A stretch of 64,000 nucleotides of DNA from a virus (IMGVR_UViG_3300023196_003249:1-64000), one strand, 5' to 3'. Counted from the stretch's first letter, positions 44,385 to 53,349 are shown. Notes: generated by a model not told the origin, from the sequence alone. Numbers and translations are program-made.

Positions 44385-44420
44385 TTAGGTTGGTAATTAA
44401 ATATAGTTTACATTTGATGT

Positions 44421-44957
44421 ATGGAAACAACAATATCACCTTCAGTTTTAACTCACTCATTCAATTATAACGGTTTTATCACCAACCACATTAGCACTAT
44501 GTACGGCAATACGCCTTATGGTGACTACCTACGAATGAAAGATGAGTTTGCAACCATCGAATCAGAATGGTTAAAGAAATTCAGCCTACCACCTTTAAGT
44601 AAGAACCCTGCTAAACGCCTTAAACAGATACCTAAACGTGAGCAGTTGCTATTCAACACTCAACACGTACACGGTGAATTAGATAGATGTGGTTCATTGA
44701 GATGTGTATTCTGTGGGAAGCAGAACTTAGTTATATACAGATGGGATGATAAGAATAAGAACCTCAACAACATGGCGACCACTGACCATTTCAACCCTAA
44801 AAGCAACGGTGGTGCAGCAAAAGATTTAAAGAACTGTGTTGTGGCGTGTTATAGATGTAACCGTAAGAAACTATCAAACAAGTGGAGTATAAGAACATTA
44901 AGGTATTTAAGTCACTATGGAGATTTTAAAACATTAGCAAAACAATTAATTTATTAA
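44421..44957 (+). CDS. HNH endonuclease
   Basis: CVFCGK..TTDHFNPKSNGGA..NCVVACYRCNRKK. ATG 4 nt after TAcaTTTG. Confidence 0.75.
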   Translation: METTISPSVLTHSFNYNGFITNHISTMYGNTPYGDYLRMKDEFATIESEWLKKFSLPPLSKNPAKRLKQIPKREQLLFNTQHVHGELDRCGSLRCVFCGKQNLVIYRWDDKNKNLNNMATTDHFNPKSNGGAAKDLKNCVVACYRCNRKKLSNKWSIRTLRYLSHYGDFKTLAKQLIY

Positions 44958-44960
44958 GAT

Positions 44961-45122
44961 ATGAGTAGTAACTTAACAATAGACCAAATACGATTAAAGG
45001 GTAAGTTTGCAGAATATAGGTTAAAGCAAATAAAACACGTAGACCCTGAAGTTAAACAAAAGGCTATAAGTCTTATCGATGATTTTTTAGATGAGATGGA
45101 TTTAGAAACAAAAAACGGATAA
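44961..45122 (+). CDS. small hypothetical protein (53 aa)
   Basis: My translation: MSSNLTIDQIRLKGKFAEYRLKQIKH.. Fills the gap. Confidence 0.35.
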   Translation: MSSNLTIDQIRLKGKFAEYRLKQIKHVDPEVKQKAISLIDDFLDEMDLETKNG

Positions 45123-45146
45123 CATTAACCATTTAAACCAAATATC

Positions 45147-45341
45147 ATGACAAGAGAAGAAGAAATTATTTTAGTATTAAAAGACTTATTACGTAATACC
45201 GATGACTCTATCGATAATAACTACATGGCACATGCTGATACTAAAGACGCAATTAAATCATGTGAAAAGATTATTGAAATCTCAAAGGAGATAGGAATGT
45301 ATTTAAATGAATTAGAAAGATTAATCGAATTAAGCCAATAG
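45147..45341 (+). CDS. hypothetical protein
   Basis: The 24-nt leader AACCATTTAAACCAAATATC-ATG is identical to that of 47398. Confidence 0.45.
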   Translation: MTREEEIILVLKDLLRNTDDSIDNNYMAHADTKDAIKSCEKIIEISKEIGMYLNELERLIELSQ

Positions 45342-45343
45342 AT

Positions 45344-45739
45344 ATGGGAACTGTATGGATATTAGTAGCATTATTAGCATTGTGGGTAATCTTTTATAAT
45401 AGAGATTCGTTTATCAAAGAAGAAGTTAAGGTAGAGCCAAAGGTTTACGAACCTACATTCATACTTAAAGTCGAGGGTGATAGTAAGTTATGTAAGTTAA
45501 TCGACCATAGCGTTGATTGGACTATTAACCATCTTAAGCAAACTTGGTTTCATTGTGATAAGACTAATATTTGGACTAATCAGATTCATACCTTTCAATT
45601 ACAATGCAAAATGGAACGTATGGTTAAGTTGAACTATACTCACATGACCGAAGAGAAAGGTAAAGAGATGGTAAGACAGATAATAAAGATGTATCATTTA
45701 AGAACTGTTGAAAAATATCCAGAATTAAAGGAGTATTAA
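45344..45739 (+). CDS. membrane-anchored protein
   Basis: N-terminal TM helix VWILVALLALWVIFY. Confidence 0.5.
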   Translation: MGTVWILVALLALWVIFYNRDSFIKEEVKVEPKVYEPTFILKVEGDSKLCKLIDHSVDWTINHLKQTWFHCDKTNIWTNQIHTFQLQCKMERMVKLNYTHMTEEKGKEMVRQIIKMYHLRTVEKYPELKEY

Positions 45740-45782
45740 AAATAAAAGTTGTATCTTTGTATTGAACTTAAAATTATATATT

Positions 45783-45875
45783 ATGAAGAAAGTATTTAAA
45801 TTTATTGTAAAACAAGTAAAAGCATTTTTTTCTAATTGGGAAGTAGGAACGGCTTTAGGAGCATTAAATCATTAG
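45783..45875 (+). CDS. 30-aa peptide
   Basis: Follows a TAtcTTTG box. Weak call. Confidence 0.2.
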   Translation: MKKVFKFIVKQVKAFFSNWEVGTALGALNH

Positions 45876-45932
45876 GTAAAACGTATATGGTTCGCTACAC
45901 CTAAACAAAAGTAGCATCTGTGTTTTATGGTT

Positions 45933-46011
45933 GAGAGTGGGGTTTTGTGATATTTTCCCCACTCTTTTTTTGTTTATTATTTTGTAGTTACAATTATTAT
46001 GTTTACCTTTG
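45933..46011 (+). promoter_or_regulatory. terminator-promoter cassette family 2
   Basis: Copy 3. ATTATTATGTTTACCTTTGA is shared with copy 1. Confidence 0.6.
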
Positions 46012-46034
46012 ATGTAACCTAAAACAAATATATT

Positions 46035-46280
46035 ATGGCAACGAAAGTAAAATTATGTAAAAGAGACCAAGATTTAATCGATTCATTAGAGGTTGGCACT
46101 AAAAGCGAGACAGTAGTAAACCCTTGGTCGAAAGACTCTTGTGAATTAGAGGCACAAGCGGTGGCGTTGTATGACTACATACAAGGAGCTGAAAGGCTGA
46201 ATTGGCAAAAGGAGTTGAGAACAGGCTTAACCCTCTTCAGAAAGCTTTATCCGAATGAATACATGGTGCTATTAGATTAG
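46035..46280 (+). CDS. hypothetical protein
   Basis: ORF. Confidence 0.5.
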   Translation: MATKVKLCKRDQDLIDSLEVGTKSETVVNPWSKDSCELEAQAVALYDYIQGAERLNWQKELRTGLTLFRKLYPNEYMVLLD

Positions 46281-46306
46281 CATTAAACCCAAAGCAATTT
46301 ATAATA

Positions 46307-46352
46307 AGGCTATCATTAATTTGGTAGTCTTATTTTTTTTGTTATATATTTG
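46307..46352 (+). promoter_or_regulatory. terminator-promoter cassette family 1
   Basis: Copy 4 (AGGCTATCA-ttaatt-TGGTAGTCT). Confidence 0.65.
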
Positions 46353-46377
46353 CAGACATAACTTTAAAACCATAGAG

Positions 46378-46761
46378 ATGAAAGCAAAAGATTTAGCAGC
46401 TATCCTGCTGCAGCACCCGGAGAGAGATGTAATATTCTGGAACGGGACCGACAACGTTGACATAGACAGCGCAACCCCGGATGAATGTAATGATGTTGAA
46501 GTGGTCCTGTGTAATGTGCACCAGACCAATAACCCGGAGCCTGATGTAACCATTGCCACCCTGATGGCCAATTCAATACTGGAGAATGAGGATTATCGTC
46601 AGGTAGAACTGGAGCCTCAGGAAGCGAAGGACCTACTATACCTGTGTAATATGTGGGAGGACCGAGACAGCATAGAGATAGAAATCAACCAGTTCCTGAA
46701 CAGGAATGGCTATTGCTTCGATGATGAAGAGTGTAGCTGGTATAACCCTTTAAAACAATAG
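46378..46761 (+). CDS. hypothetical protein (GC-rich codon usage)
   Basis: Start set to MKAKDLAAIL after the cassette promoter. Confidence 0.55.
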   Translation: MKAKDLAAILLQHPERDVIFWNGTDNVDIDSATPDECNDVEVVLCNVHQTNNPEPDVTIATLMANSILENEDYRQVELEPQEAKDLLYLCNMWEDRDSIEIEINQFLNRNGYCFDDEECSWYNPLKQ

Positions 46762-46763
46762 AT

Positions 46764-47111
46764 ATGGGACGAGAAGTAAGCGTAGAGTTTAGACACTGGG
46801 AGTTTGATACTGGGAAGGACCTGGAGCCTCAGCTGGTGCAATTCCCGTTCGATGAGGACTGGAGGACCAATGAAGATTACTTTCAGGGAGACACTCTGGA
46901 GCTGGGGTTCGAGAATGAGGCCCAGAGACTGGCTAGTGAATGGCTCCAGGACCATCAGGTCAGGAACCAGAAGGACCTAGAAGCCTGGATAAAACATCTG
47001 GAAGCCCAGGTATATGAATCTGATACATATTATTCAAGCTGGGAGTTTTCCCTGATAGCTATAGGCTCCGGGAAGTTTGCTGTGGCCTGCTGCATTACGA
47101 CCCGATGGTAA
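46764..47111 (+). CDS. hypothetical protein (GC-rich codon usage)
   Basis: ORF with the same k-mer flavour as dcm and the 40.1-40.6 kb island. Confidence 0.55.
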   Translation: MGREVSVEFRHWEFDTGKDLEPQLVQFPFDEDWRTNEDYFQGDTLELGFENEAQRLASEWLQDHQVRNQKDLEAWIKHLEAQVYESDTYYSSWEFSLIAIGSGKFAVACCITTRW

Positions 47112-47143
47112 GGACCTGATGAGGTTCCACCCGGATAAATAAC

Positions 47144-47172
47144 CCCGGCTATTAATTTAGTCGGGCTTTTTT
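47144..47172 (+). terminator. rho-independent terminator CCCGGCT..AGTCGGG + T6
   Basis: 7-bp stem followed by a T run. Confidence 0.65.
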
Positions 47173-47199
47173 ATGTCCTAAAAGTTTTTTAAAAAATAG

Positions 47200-47242
47200 T
47201 TCACAATTTATTTGGTATTGTGAAGAATTTGTTTTACCTTTG
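47200..47242 (+). promoter_or_regulatory. hairpin-promoter TTCACAAT-ttatttggt-ATTGTGAA .. TAccTTTG
   Basis: An inverted copy lies at 62026-62068. Confidence 0.55.
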
Positions 47243-47260
47243 ACTTGGCGCACTGAGGTG

Positions 47261-47295
47261 GGAAGAGTAGACTCCACGGTACGCCATGTTTTCCT
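47261..47295 (+). repeat. conserved 35-nt core GGAAGAGTAGACTCCACGGTACGCCATGTTTTCCT
   Basis: 32/35 identical to 61965-61999. Both lie about 20-50 nt downstream of a TAccTTTG box. Confidence 0.8.
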
Positions 47296-47397
47296 GATGA
47301 ATTAAATGTGAAAAGTTTTATTGTTTTATTTGGTGGTGTTGTTTATTATATGTAAATTTGCCTATATCATTATTATAAACCATTTAAACCAAATATC

Positions 47398-48111
47398 ATG
47401 AATACCTTACCATTTGAACAAGTACAAATTTTTCAATCAAACGATTATTCCAGATTCTCATTTTTCGATTTCAATCGTAAAGTTGATAAATCACACGTTA
47501 ATAAGTTAAAAGACTCAATGACCATTAGAGGGTTTTTAGGGTGTATTATTGTAGTTAAATTTGAAGACACTTATAAGATATTAGAGGGTCAACACAGGTT
47601 CACTGCCGCCATGGAATTAGACATTCCATTTAAATTTGAAATACATGAGATTGATAATAAGAGAGAGTTAGCATTATTCATTGCGACTGTTAATAATAGC
47701 GCAAAAGCTTGGGGTACTAATCAATTCTTAAACGTATGGTCCAAAATGGAGATTAAAGAGTATATTAAACTTTTGAAAATCCAGACTGAGACTAAAATAC
47801 AAATTACACCATTAGTAAGTGCATACACTGGGAAAAGTAATATGAAGGATTTTAGAGGTGGTGTGATTAAATTTAATGATGAAGCAGCTTCAGATATTAT
47901 TATTGAACAAATAATGGATTTAAAAGATATATTACCTAATAAAGCTTTTTGTAGAAGAGCCATTATTAAAGTTATGCGTAATAAAGCTTACAACCATACT
48001 AACATTAAACCTTATATTGATAGACGTTTCAGGCAAGTTGGGTTTTCAGAGAATGAAAATGAGTTGTTAAAAGAATTAGAAATGTTAATGAAAATATCTA
48101 ATAAAAAATAA
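47398..48111 (+). CDS. ParB N-terminal-domain (ParB/Srx-fold) protein
   Basis: NRKVDKSHVNKLKDSM..G....IIV...YKILEGQHRFTAAMEL fits the ParBc motif. Confidence 0.65.
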   Translation: MNTLPFEQVQIFQSNDYSRFSFFDFNRKVDKSHVNKLKDSMTIRGFLGCIIVVKFEDTYKILEGQHRFTAAMELDIPFKFEIHEIDNKRELALFIATVNNSAKAWGTNQFLNVWSKMEIKEYIKLLKIQTETKIQITPLVSAYTGKSNMKDFRGGVIKFNDEAASDIIIEQIMDLKDILPNKAFCRRAIIKVMRNKAYNHTNIKPYIDRRFRQVGFSENENELLKELEMLMKISNKK

Positions 48112-48123
48112 ACACAAATGTGT
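48112..48123 (+). promoter_or_regulatory. ACACAAATGTGT box 8 nt upstream of a -33 element
   Basis: Copy 4. Confidence 0.55.
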
Positions 48124-48130
48124 ACAGATA

Positions 48131-48162
48131 TTTGCACAGTAAATAAATAAGTTATAAATTTG
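48131..48162 (+). promoter_or_regulatory. promoter TTTGCACAGTAAATAAATAAGTTATAAATTTG
   Basis: TTTG-N20-TAaaTTTG. The core TTGCACAGTAAATAAATAAGT recurs five times. Confidence 0.6.
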
Positions 48163-48197
48163 ACTATTATTAATTATAACCATTAAACCACAATACC

Positions 48198-49166
48198 ATG
48201 AAAGTATTAAAAAGTAAACTTAGATTAAAATTAATTGAAACACCTAAGTTATTAAAGGGTAATTTTGCAGGATTATCAACGGCAGACTTTGCTTCTACTA
48301 AATCAAGTGTAAATATACAACGACAAAAGTTAGGTCGTTTGGTTGCATCTAAAAATGTTACTAGAACTGAATTAGCTAAACAATTAGGGGTTAAAACTAC
48401 TATCTTAAATAACTTTATTAATAGTACAAGCATTAAAACTATCAATGCAAAAATAATTGCAAATAATGTTATTAAGGTTATTGATAGTAACGATATACCT
48501 AAAAAAGAAAAAGCACCTAAAAAAGAAGTTACTATCAATGCAACTAACTTTACAGGTAGTGAAAAAGGTAGGATTAGAGATTTGTACATTTCAAGGTTGG
48601 ATAAGACTACTATGAAGAAAAGTGGTAAATTCTTCTCACTACCAAGTGCTGAATGTTTATTTGAAATTCAATTAAATAGTGAAATCGATAATAGTTTCAA
48701 ATATGATGTAGTTGAATTTAATCGTAAAAAACCTAATATTTACAATGAAATGTTAAATAATATTGTTAGTAACAATATTAAAACGAGTTCAATATCAAAT
48801 TGTTTATCAAGTGAGGTTATTTTAAATAAAACATCTGACACGTATTCACATATCTTTGCTGATTGGTGTGCAACGTATTCAACTCTTGAAAAAGAAGTTA
48901 GACATATAATTTATAATAATTTAGTTGAAGTTGGTGGACTTGTAGGCTTCACATTTTCATTAAGAGATGAAAAAGGTATGGGGTTTCATAAATCAGTCTT
49001 AAATGATGATAAGATTGCTTCTAAGTATGGTATTAAAGCAAATGTTAAAGACGGTATCTACCTTAAATTTGTGAATATGTGTTATAATGATTATGATATA
49101 ATTGAGTTTGAACCTTATCATGACTCTAGCGCAATGTTATTTGTATTGCTTAAAAGAATTAGATAA
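48198..49166 (+). CDS. helix-turn-helix DNA-binding protein with unknown C-terminal domain
   Basis: VTRTELAKQLGVKTTILNNFIN is a classic HTH. Confidence 0.5.
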   Translation: MKVLKSKLRLKLIETPKLLKGNFAGLSTADFASTKSSVNIQRQKLGRLVASKNVTRTELAKQLGVKTTILNNFINSTSIKTINAKIIANNVIKVIDSNDIPKKEKAPKKEVTINATNFTGSEKGRIRDLYISRLDKTTMKKSGKFFSLPSAECLFEIQLNSEIDNSFKYDVVEFNRKKPNIYNEMLNNIVSNNIKTSSISNCLSSEVILNKTSDTYSHIFADWCATYSTLEKEVRHIIYNNLVEVGGLVGFTFSLRDEKGMGFHKSVLNDDKIASKYGIKANVKDGIYLKFVNMCYNDYDIIEFEPYHDSSAMLFVLLKRIR

Positions 49167-49174
49167 TTAAAAGA

Positions 49175-49220
49175 AACCCTATCATTAGTTTGGTAGGGTT
49201 ATTTTTTTACCGTATATTCG
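49175..49220 (+). promoter_or_regulatory. terminator-promoter cassette family 1
   Basis: Copy 5 (AACCCTATCA-ttagtt-TGGTAGGGTT). The -7 box is the variant TAtaTTCG. Confidence 0.6.
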
Positions 49221-49224
49221 CATC

Positions 49225-49410
49225 ATGGATAGATTTAGAATACAACACAGAGAGATGTCAGCAGACGTAATTGAAGAGAACATTGGTACAGAAGCGAAGC
49301 CTAAATGGGCTGTACGTGTGTGCCCTACATTTGGTAGGTTCGATACAATGGCACATGACCTTTGCGACTTCTTGAACCAACGAGAGAATGAAGTAAACCA
49401 AAACTGTTAA
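49225..49410 (+). CDS. hypothetical protein (leaderless-type start)
   Basis: ATG 4 nt after the -7 box. Confidence 0.45.
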   Translation: MDRFRIQHREMSADVIEENIGTEAKPKWAVRVCPTFGRFDTMAHDLCDFLNQRENEVNQNC

Positions 49411-49412
49411 TC

Positions 49413-49643
49413 ATGACTGAAGTAAAAAGTAAAGCAGACATTATAGTTGACAAATGTCTAACCATTAGCAAGTGGGCTTTTAGTTGTAAGACATTAGAAC
49501 AACTAACTACCGTTGAGAATAACTTAGAGAAACTCTCAACTAGTTGTTATGGTACTAGCAATGCTAGAATAACATATAACCTAGGAATAGCTCAGGGCTA
49601 TATCTTCTGTATTAAAAAGCAATTAACCAACGAAAACGAATAG
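49413..49643 (+). CDS. hypothetical protein
   Basis: ORF. Confidence 0.45.
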   Translation: MTEVKSKADIIVDKCLTISKWAFSCKTLEQLTTVENNLEKLSTSCYGTSNARITYNLGIAQGYIFCIKKQLTNENE

Positions 49644-49649
49644 AACTTA

Positions 49650-49793
49650 TGACATTTAATGAATGGCTAGTAGATGAAGGACACGTATCTGACGCATCTT
49701 GTATCGAATTTGAACTTAGTGCTAGTGAAGTTTATGTACTGTACCAGGAGTGGACAGATGAGACAGGAGGCACCGGGAGTGGTCTATTTTAAT
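49650..49793 (+). CDS. small hypothetical protein (47 aa)
   Basis: My translation: MTFNEWLVDEGHVSDASCIEFELSASEVYVLYQEW.. Fills the gap. Confidence 0.3.
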
Positions 49794-49800
49794 TAATTAA

Positions 49801-49812
49801 CACAAATGTGTA
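49801..49812 (+). promoter_or_regulatory. ACACAAATGTGT box 8 nt upstream of a -33 element
   Basis: Copy 5. Confidence 0.55.
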
Positions 49813-49820
49813 CAAAGACT

Positions 49821-49851
49821 TGCACAGTAAAAATAAAAGTTGTATATTTGC
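49821..49851 (+). promoter_or_regulatory. promoter TTGCACAGTAAAAATAAAAGTTGTATATTTG
   Basis: TTG-N20-TAtaTTTG. Confidence 0.6.
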
Positions 49852-49887
49852 AACTCAATTTAAATTTAATCTTTAAAACCAATCATT

Positions 49888-50403
49888 ATGAGAAAAAATG
49901 TATTTATGAAATTAGTAATGTTGTTTATGTTAGCAAATGTACTGATGGCTTCCAGTTGTCTTACTGAAACACAAACGGCCGACAAACAACAAGCGGCTAA
50001 AAGTCGAGCTGTATTGAATGAAGCTGCCGCAGAAGTAGGCTTCCCTGCAATTCAAAACTTTACTGAACTAAAACAGTTCAAACAAATTCTAGAGCTTCGA
50101 GACCAAGCTAATTTAGTTACTTATACTTATATGGAGAATGCTATGGATGGTTCCATTGGACAATTCTTAGGTAAGAGTATAGGCTTCGGTATTCCAGCGG
50201 CTACTCAATTTACAAATCCACAACGAAGAGATTGGTCTAGCAGTCAAGGTGGCGTAGGTTATCTACCCCAAGCAGACCCCAATGGTTTGTTCATGCCTAC
50301 CTCTACCGATGCAACGTGGGTTATACTAATCGACCCAGAAGGAAATTTAGCCCCTTCATATATCGAATCAAAGATATTGGTCTTCACCTTTAAAATTAAA
50401 TAA
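49888..50403 (+). CDS. putative lipoprotein
   Basis: Signal peptide MRKNVFMKLVMLFMLANVLMASSC with Cys at the lipobox position. Confidence 0.55.
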   Translation: MRKNVFMKLVMLFMLANVLMASSCLTETQTADKQQAAKSRAVLNEAAAEVGFPAIQNFTELKQFKQILELRDQANLVTYTYMENAMDGSIGQFLGKSIGFGIPAATQFTNPQRRDWSSSQGGVGYLPQADPNGLFMPTSTDATWVILIDPEGNLAPSYIESKILVFTFKIK

Positions 50404-50404
50404 C

Positions 50405-50779
50405 ATGAAAGCACATGGTAAATTATTTGGCTATATAGCCTTAGTTATTATCGCAATAAGTCTATTGGGCTTCGTTGGGAATGGAATGGGGTTGATATCC
50501 TATAAGATATTCGGTCCAGCGTGGGAAGATGCTCGAAGAGATGTGTATGAGAATACCAACAGCTTCACTAAAGCTAAAGTCCAGGAAGCAACCAAACTAC
50601 GGTTGGAATACTTGAAGAGCGATGACCCGGCAGTTAAAAACGCTTTACAATCAACCATTCAAATGTCCTTTGCTGACTTTGATGTAGACAAGTATGTCAA
50701 GAATGATGAATTAAAGAGATGGGTGAAAGCTATGCTTAATAAACCTCCAATAAAAATAGATGTCCAGCATACTGAATAG
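50405..50779 (+). CDS. membrane-anchored protein
   Basis: N-terminal TM helix YIALVIIAISLLGFVG. Abuts the lipoprotein gene. Confidence 0.5.
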   Translation: MKAHGKLFGYIALVIIAISLLGFVGNGMGLISYKIFGPAWEDARRDVYENTNSFTKAKVQEATKLRLEYLKSDDPAVKNALQSTIQMSFADFDVDKYVKNDELKRWVKAMLNKPPIKIDVQHTE

Positions 50780-50801
50780 GATAACTAAAATATACTAGGA
50801 A

Positions 50802-50829
50802 AGCCCATGTCATTTGATGTGGGCTTTTT
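50802..50829 (+). terminator. rho-independent terminator AGCCCAT..GTGGGCT + T5
   Basis: Stem followed by a T run. Confidence 0.6.
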
Positions 50830-50833
50830 GTTA

Positions 50834-50847
50834 TACACAAATGTGTA
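50834..50847 (+). promoter_or_regulatory. ACACAAATGTGT box upstream of a -33 element
   Basis: Copy 6. Confidence 0.55.
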
Positions 50848-50854
50848 CAGATAC

Positions 50855-50885
50855 TTGCACAGTTAATATATTATACTTACATTTG
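50855..50885 (+). promoter_or_regulatory. promoter TTGCACAGTTAATATATTATACTTACATTTG
   Basis: TTG-N20-TAcaTTTG. Confidence 0.6.
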
Positions 50886-50912
50886 TCTCATATTAATCAT
50901 AAAACCAATATT

Positions 50913-51245
50913 ATGTCAAAAGAAAAACTAACAGAAGTAAAACCATTTAAGACCCATAACGATGACATCGACCAAGACGGTGGACATTACCAAGGGCGTA
51001 TTCAAACAGACTATCAAAACTTATGTAGAGTGTTCGGGGAACCTCAGGAATCTGGTTATAAAAGTGATGCTGAATGGTATGTGAAATTTGATATTGGAGT
51101 TGAAGGTTATATCTATAATTGGAAGAATGGTAAGAACTATTTAGGTTGTGATGGTATGTCAGTAGAGGATATATACACTTGGAATGTAGGTGGTATGGAA
51201 AGTGGTATTGTTAGACTAATCAAAGATGCACTTAAAAGGTTTTAA
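50913..51245 (+). CDS. hypothetical protein
   Basis: Start set to MSKEKLTEV, downstream of the promoter. Confidence 0.5.
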   Translation: MSKEKLTEVKPFKTHNDDIDQDGGHYQGRIQTDYQNLCRVFGEPQESGYKSDAEWYVKFDIGVEGYIYNWKNGKNYLGCDGMSVEDIYTWNVGGMESGIVRLIKDALKRF

Positions 51246-51247
51246 TC

Positions 51248-51640
51248 ATGGAAATATCAAGAAAAACTAGATTTAAAGCATTAGGTTATACTCTTATGGC
51301 TTGTGGGGTAGTTAACCTTATTAGATACTGGGACACACCCGGCGAACCTATGACAATATTTATTATATGTCTTATGGCTGCAGGACTAGTAATGTTATAC
51401 TTCGCTTATGATATGGATAAGGAAAGTACTAGTAGTTATAAACCACCCCAACGTGGTAGTGAAACTCATAAGGCGTTTCTATTGGTTACTTATAATGAAT
51501 GTATAAAGAATGAAGTTACCACAACCTACGAGAAAGAAATATTCAAAAGAGGTATTAGGATGGCCGAGAATGATATGTGCCCTATTAAAGTTGAAGATTG
51601 GGTTGAAGCCACTATTAAACAATGGCGTAAACTTATATAA
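51248..51640 (+). CDS. membrane protein
   Basis: Two TM helices. Confidence 0.5.
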   Translation: MEISRKTRFKALGYTLMACGVVNLIRYWDTPGEPMTIFIICLMAAGLVMLYFAYDMDKESTSSYKPPQRGSETHKAFLLVTYNECIKNEVTTTYEKEIFKRGIRMAENDMCPIKVEDWVEATIKQWRKLI

Positions 51641-51645
51641 TCAAC

Positions 51646-51657
51646 GCACAAATGTGT
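51646..51657 (+). promoter_or_regulatory. ACACAAATGTGT box (GCACAAATGTGT) abutting a family-1 cassette
   Basis: Copy 7. Confidence 0.45.
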
Positions 51658-51660
51658 ACA

Positions 51661-51706
51661 AAGACTATCATTAATTTGGTAGTCTTATTTTTTTATTATA
51701 CATTTG
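51661..51706 (+). promoter_or_regulatory. terminator-promoter cassette family 1
   Basis: Copy 6 (AAGACTATCA-ttaatt-TGGTAGTCTT; TAcaTTTG). Confidence 0.65.
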
Positions 51707-51735
51707 CCTCATATTAATCATTTAAAACCAATATT

Positions 51736-52299
51736 ATGTTAAAATTAGGAAATCTATTAGACAGTAAAAAAGGAAGAGACTTCATCTCTCAATTCAACCT
51801 TAAAAGGGTTGTAGCAGGGCGTGGACATGACACTATGGGCTTAATCGCTGACCTATACATCAAAGGTCGTAAGATAGCTCAATTCAATGATGATGGTTGG
51901 GGCGGTGAACCTATTATTGAATTTGAGTCAAGTGCTAAAGAGGCTGAACTTAAATCCATGGTAGAGAAAGCTGACTTCGGACAGCAATTATTCGATGATG
52001 GTTGGGACTTTATGGGAACAGTTGATAAAATTGACTTCCACACTCAAGTATCTCAAATAGTTGAATTAGCTTTTGCTTTACATGAAGAGGCTAAGATAAT
52101 GAAGAAAACTAAAGGTAAGTTAATAATTACCGATGGTAACTCTTATAGAGAACTATCTTGGAAAGGTGTTAGAGACCTAGCACAACTACCAACCCATTCT
52201 CTTCAAATCGTGCATGATAAGTATAAGAAAGAGTTTAAAGATGGTGAAAGCTACTTGAATACCGATGAACAATTACTTGGACTAGGAATTAAACTCTAA
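51736..52299 (+). CDS. hypothetical protein
   Basis: Last ORF of the rightward block. Confidence 0.55.
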   Translation: MLKLGNLLDSKKGRDFISQFNLKRVVAGRGHDTMGLIADLYIKGRKIAQFNDDGWGGEPIIEFESSAKEAELKSMVEKADFGQQLFDDGWDFMGTVDKIDFHTQVSQIVELAFALHEEAKIMKKTKGKLIITDGNSYRELSWKGVRDLAQLPTHSLQIVHDKYKKEFKDGESYLNTDEQLLGLGIKL

Positions 52300-52321
52300 T
52301 TCTTACCCTCGACCTCGTATA

Positions 52322-52344
52322 AGCCCTTTTAAGGGCTTTTTTTT
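52322..52344 (+). terminator. rho-independent terminator AGCCCT-ttta-AGGGCT + T8
   Basis: At the convergence point of the plus and minus blocks. Confidence 0.75.
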
Positions 52345-52371
52345 ATGTCTTAATGTTAGGAGACCACCCTA

Positions 52372-52385
52372 TACACAAATGTGTA
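52372..52385 (+). promoter_or_regulatory. ACACAAATGTGT box in the convergent intergenic region
   Basis: Copy 8. Confidence 0.4.
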
Positions 52386-52471
52386 TCAGACAGCCTCCTG
52401 GTAACTCCTGGACATAAGAAAGCCCTAAAGATTATTACATCTCTAGGGCTTATGTTATTAAAGCTTGGTAC

Positions 52472-52924
52472 CTATGACCAATAACCTATAGCTATGTAGT
52501 CTATTTTAATAGGTCCATATTTATTCTCGTAATACTCAATATATTTTTTATATTTAATCTTGAACACAAGAAGTACAGCTGGAATATTCAGCTTGGATAT
52601 TGATTGCCATCCACCACCATCATCACTATCAATATTATAAGACCCACTATTACATAGGAATATATTAGTATTCTTATCTCCACAATATTCTGGAGACCAG
52701 AATTCATCCTCATTTAACTCACTATCCTCATCAATCCAAGCATCCGGCTCTTGAGTTATTACTTCTGTTTTAGTTATTATTTTATTCTCTCTACCTGTAC
52801 TAGGGTCAAACTTATTGTTTGTTTCCTTCCCAGTCTCATCTACCCGGACATCCCTGTCTATTGGTCCTGTTCTTTTCGGTACCATTAATGCAGGTCCTAT
52901 GTATACGCTGTGACTCACTCCCAT
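52472..52924 (-). CDS. hypothetical protein
   Basis: ORF. Confidence 0.5.
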   Translation of the reverse strand: MGVSHSVYIGPALMVPKRTGPIDRDVRVDETGKETNNKFDPSTGRENKIITKTEVITQEPDAWIDEDSELNEDEFWSPEYCGDKNTNIFLCNSGSYNIDSDDGGGWQSISKLNIPAVLLVFKIKYKKYIEYYENKYGPIKIDYIAIGYWS

Positions 52925-52926
52925 AA

Positions 52927-53130
52927 TTATGCTATTTTAAATAAGTTAATATATTCTGGATACATCTCTTCGTACATCCCTATGTTTTCACCTTTCAGCC
53001 GTGCGAACTTCCTATTCAATTCTTCAGAAGCCTCTAGTTTGGTTACTTTTTTAGTTTTCACCTTCTTCATTAGTCTTTTAATGTGTTGAATATTGTATTC
53101 ACTTGCTGTTCTGGGTCTCCCGTAGTTCAT
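52927..53130 (-). CDS. hypothetical protein
   Basis: ORF. Confidence 0.45.
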   Translation of the reverse strand: MNYGRPRTASEYNIQHIKRLMKKVKTKKVTKLEASEELNRKFARLKGENIGMYEEMYPEYINLFKIA

Positions 53131-53151
53131 AATTTATAGTTTTAAGGTTAG

Positions 53152-53349
53152 TTAATCAATTATATTAGCTGGATAGGTCCATGTATTGGCGCTATGCTTG
53201 CTAATTAGTTTCTCCTGACTCATCAATAACAGCCAAGCCCTCCACAATTCGCTTCTAGCCTCTAGATTCAGGTCACTATAGCCGTCATCCAGAACTGTAA
53301 GTTTAAATTTGCATGCTGCGGTCTCTTTATTGAAGTACTTCTTACTCAT
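53152..53349 (-). CDS. hypothetical protein
   Basis: ORF. Confidence 0.45.
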   Translation of the reverse strand: MSKKYFNKETAACKFKLTVLDDGYSDLNLEARSELWRAWLLLMSQEKLISKHSANTWTYPANIID

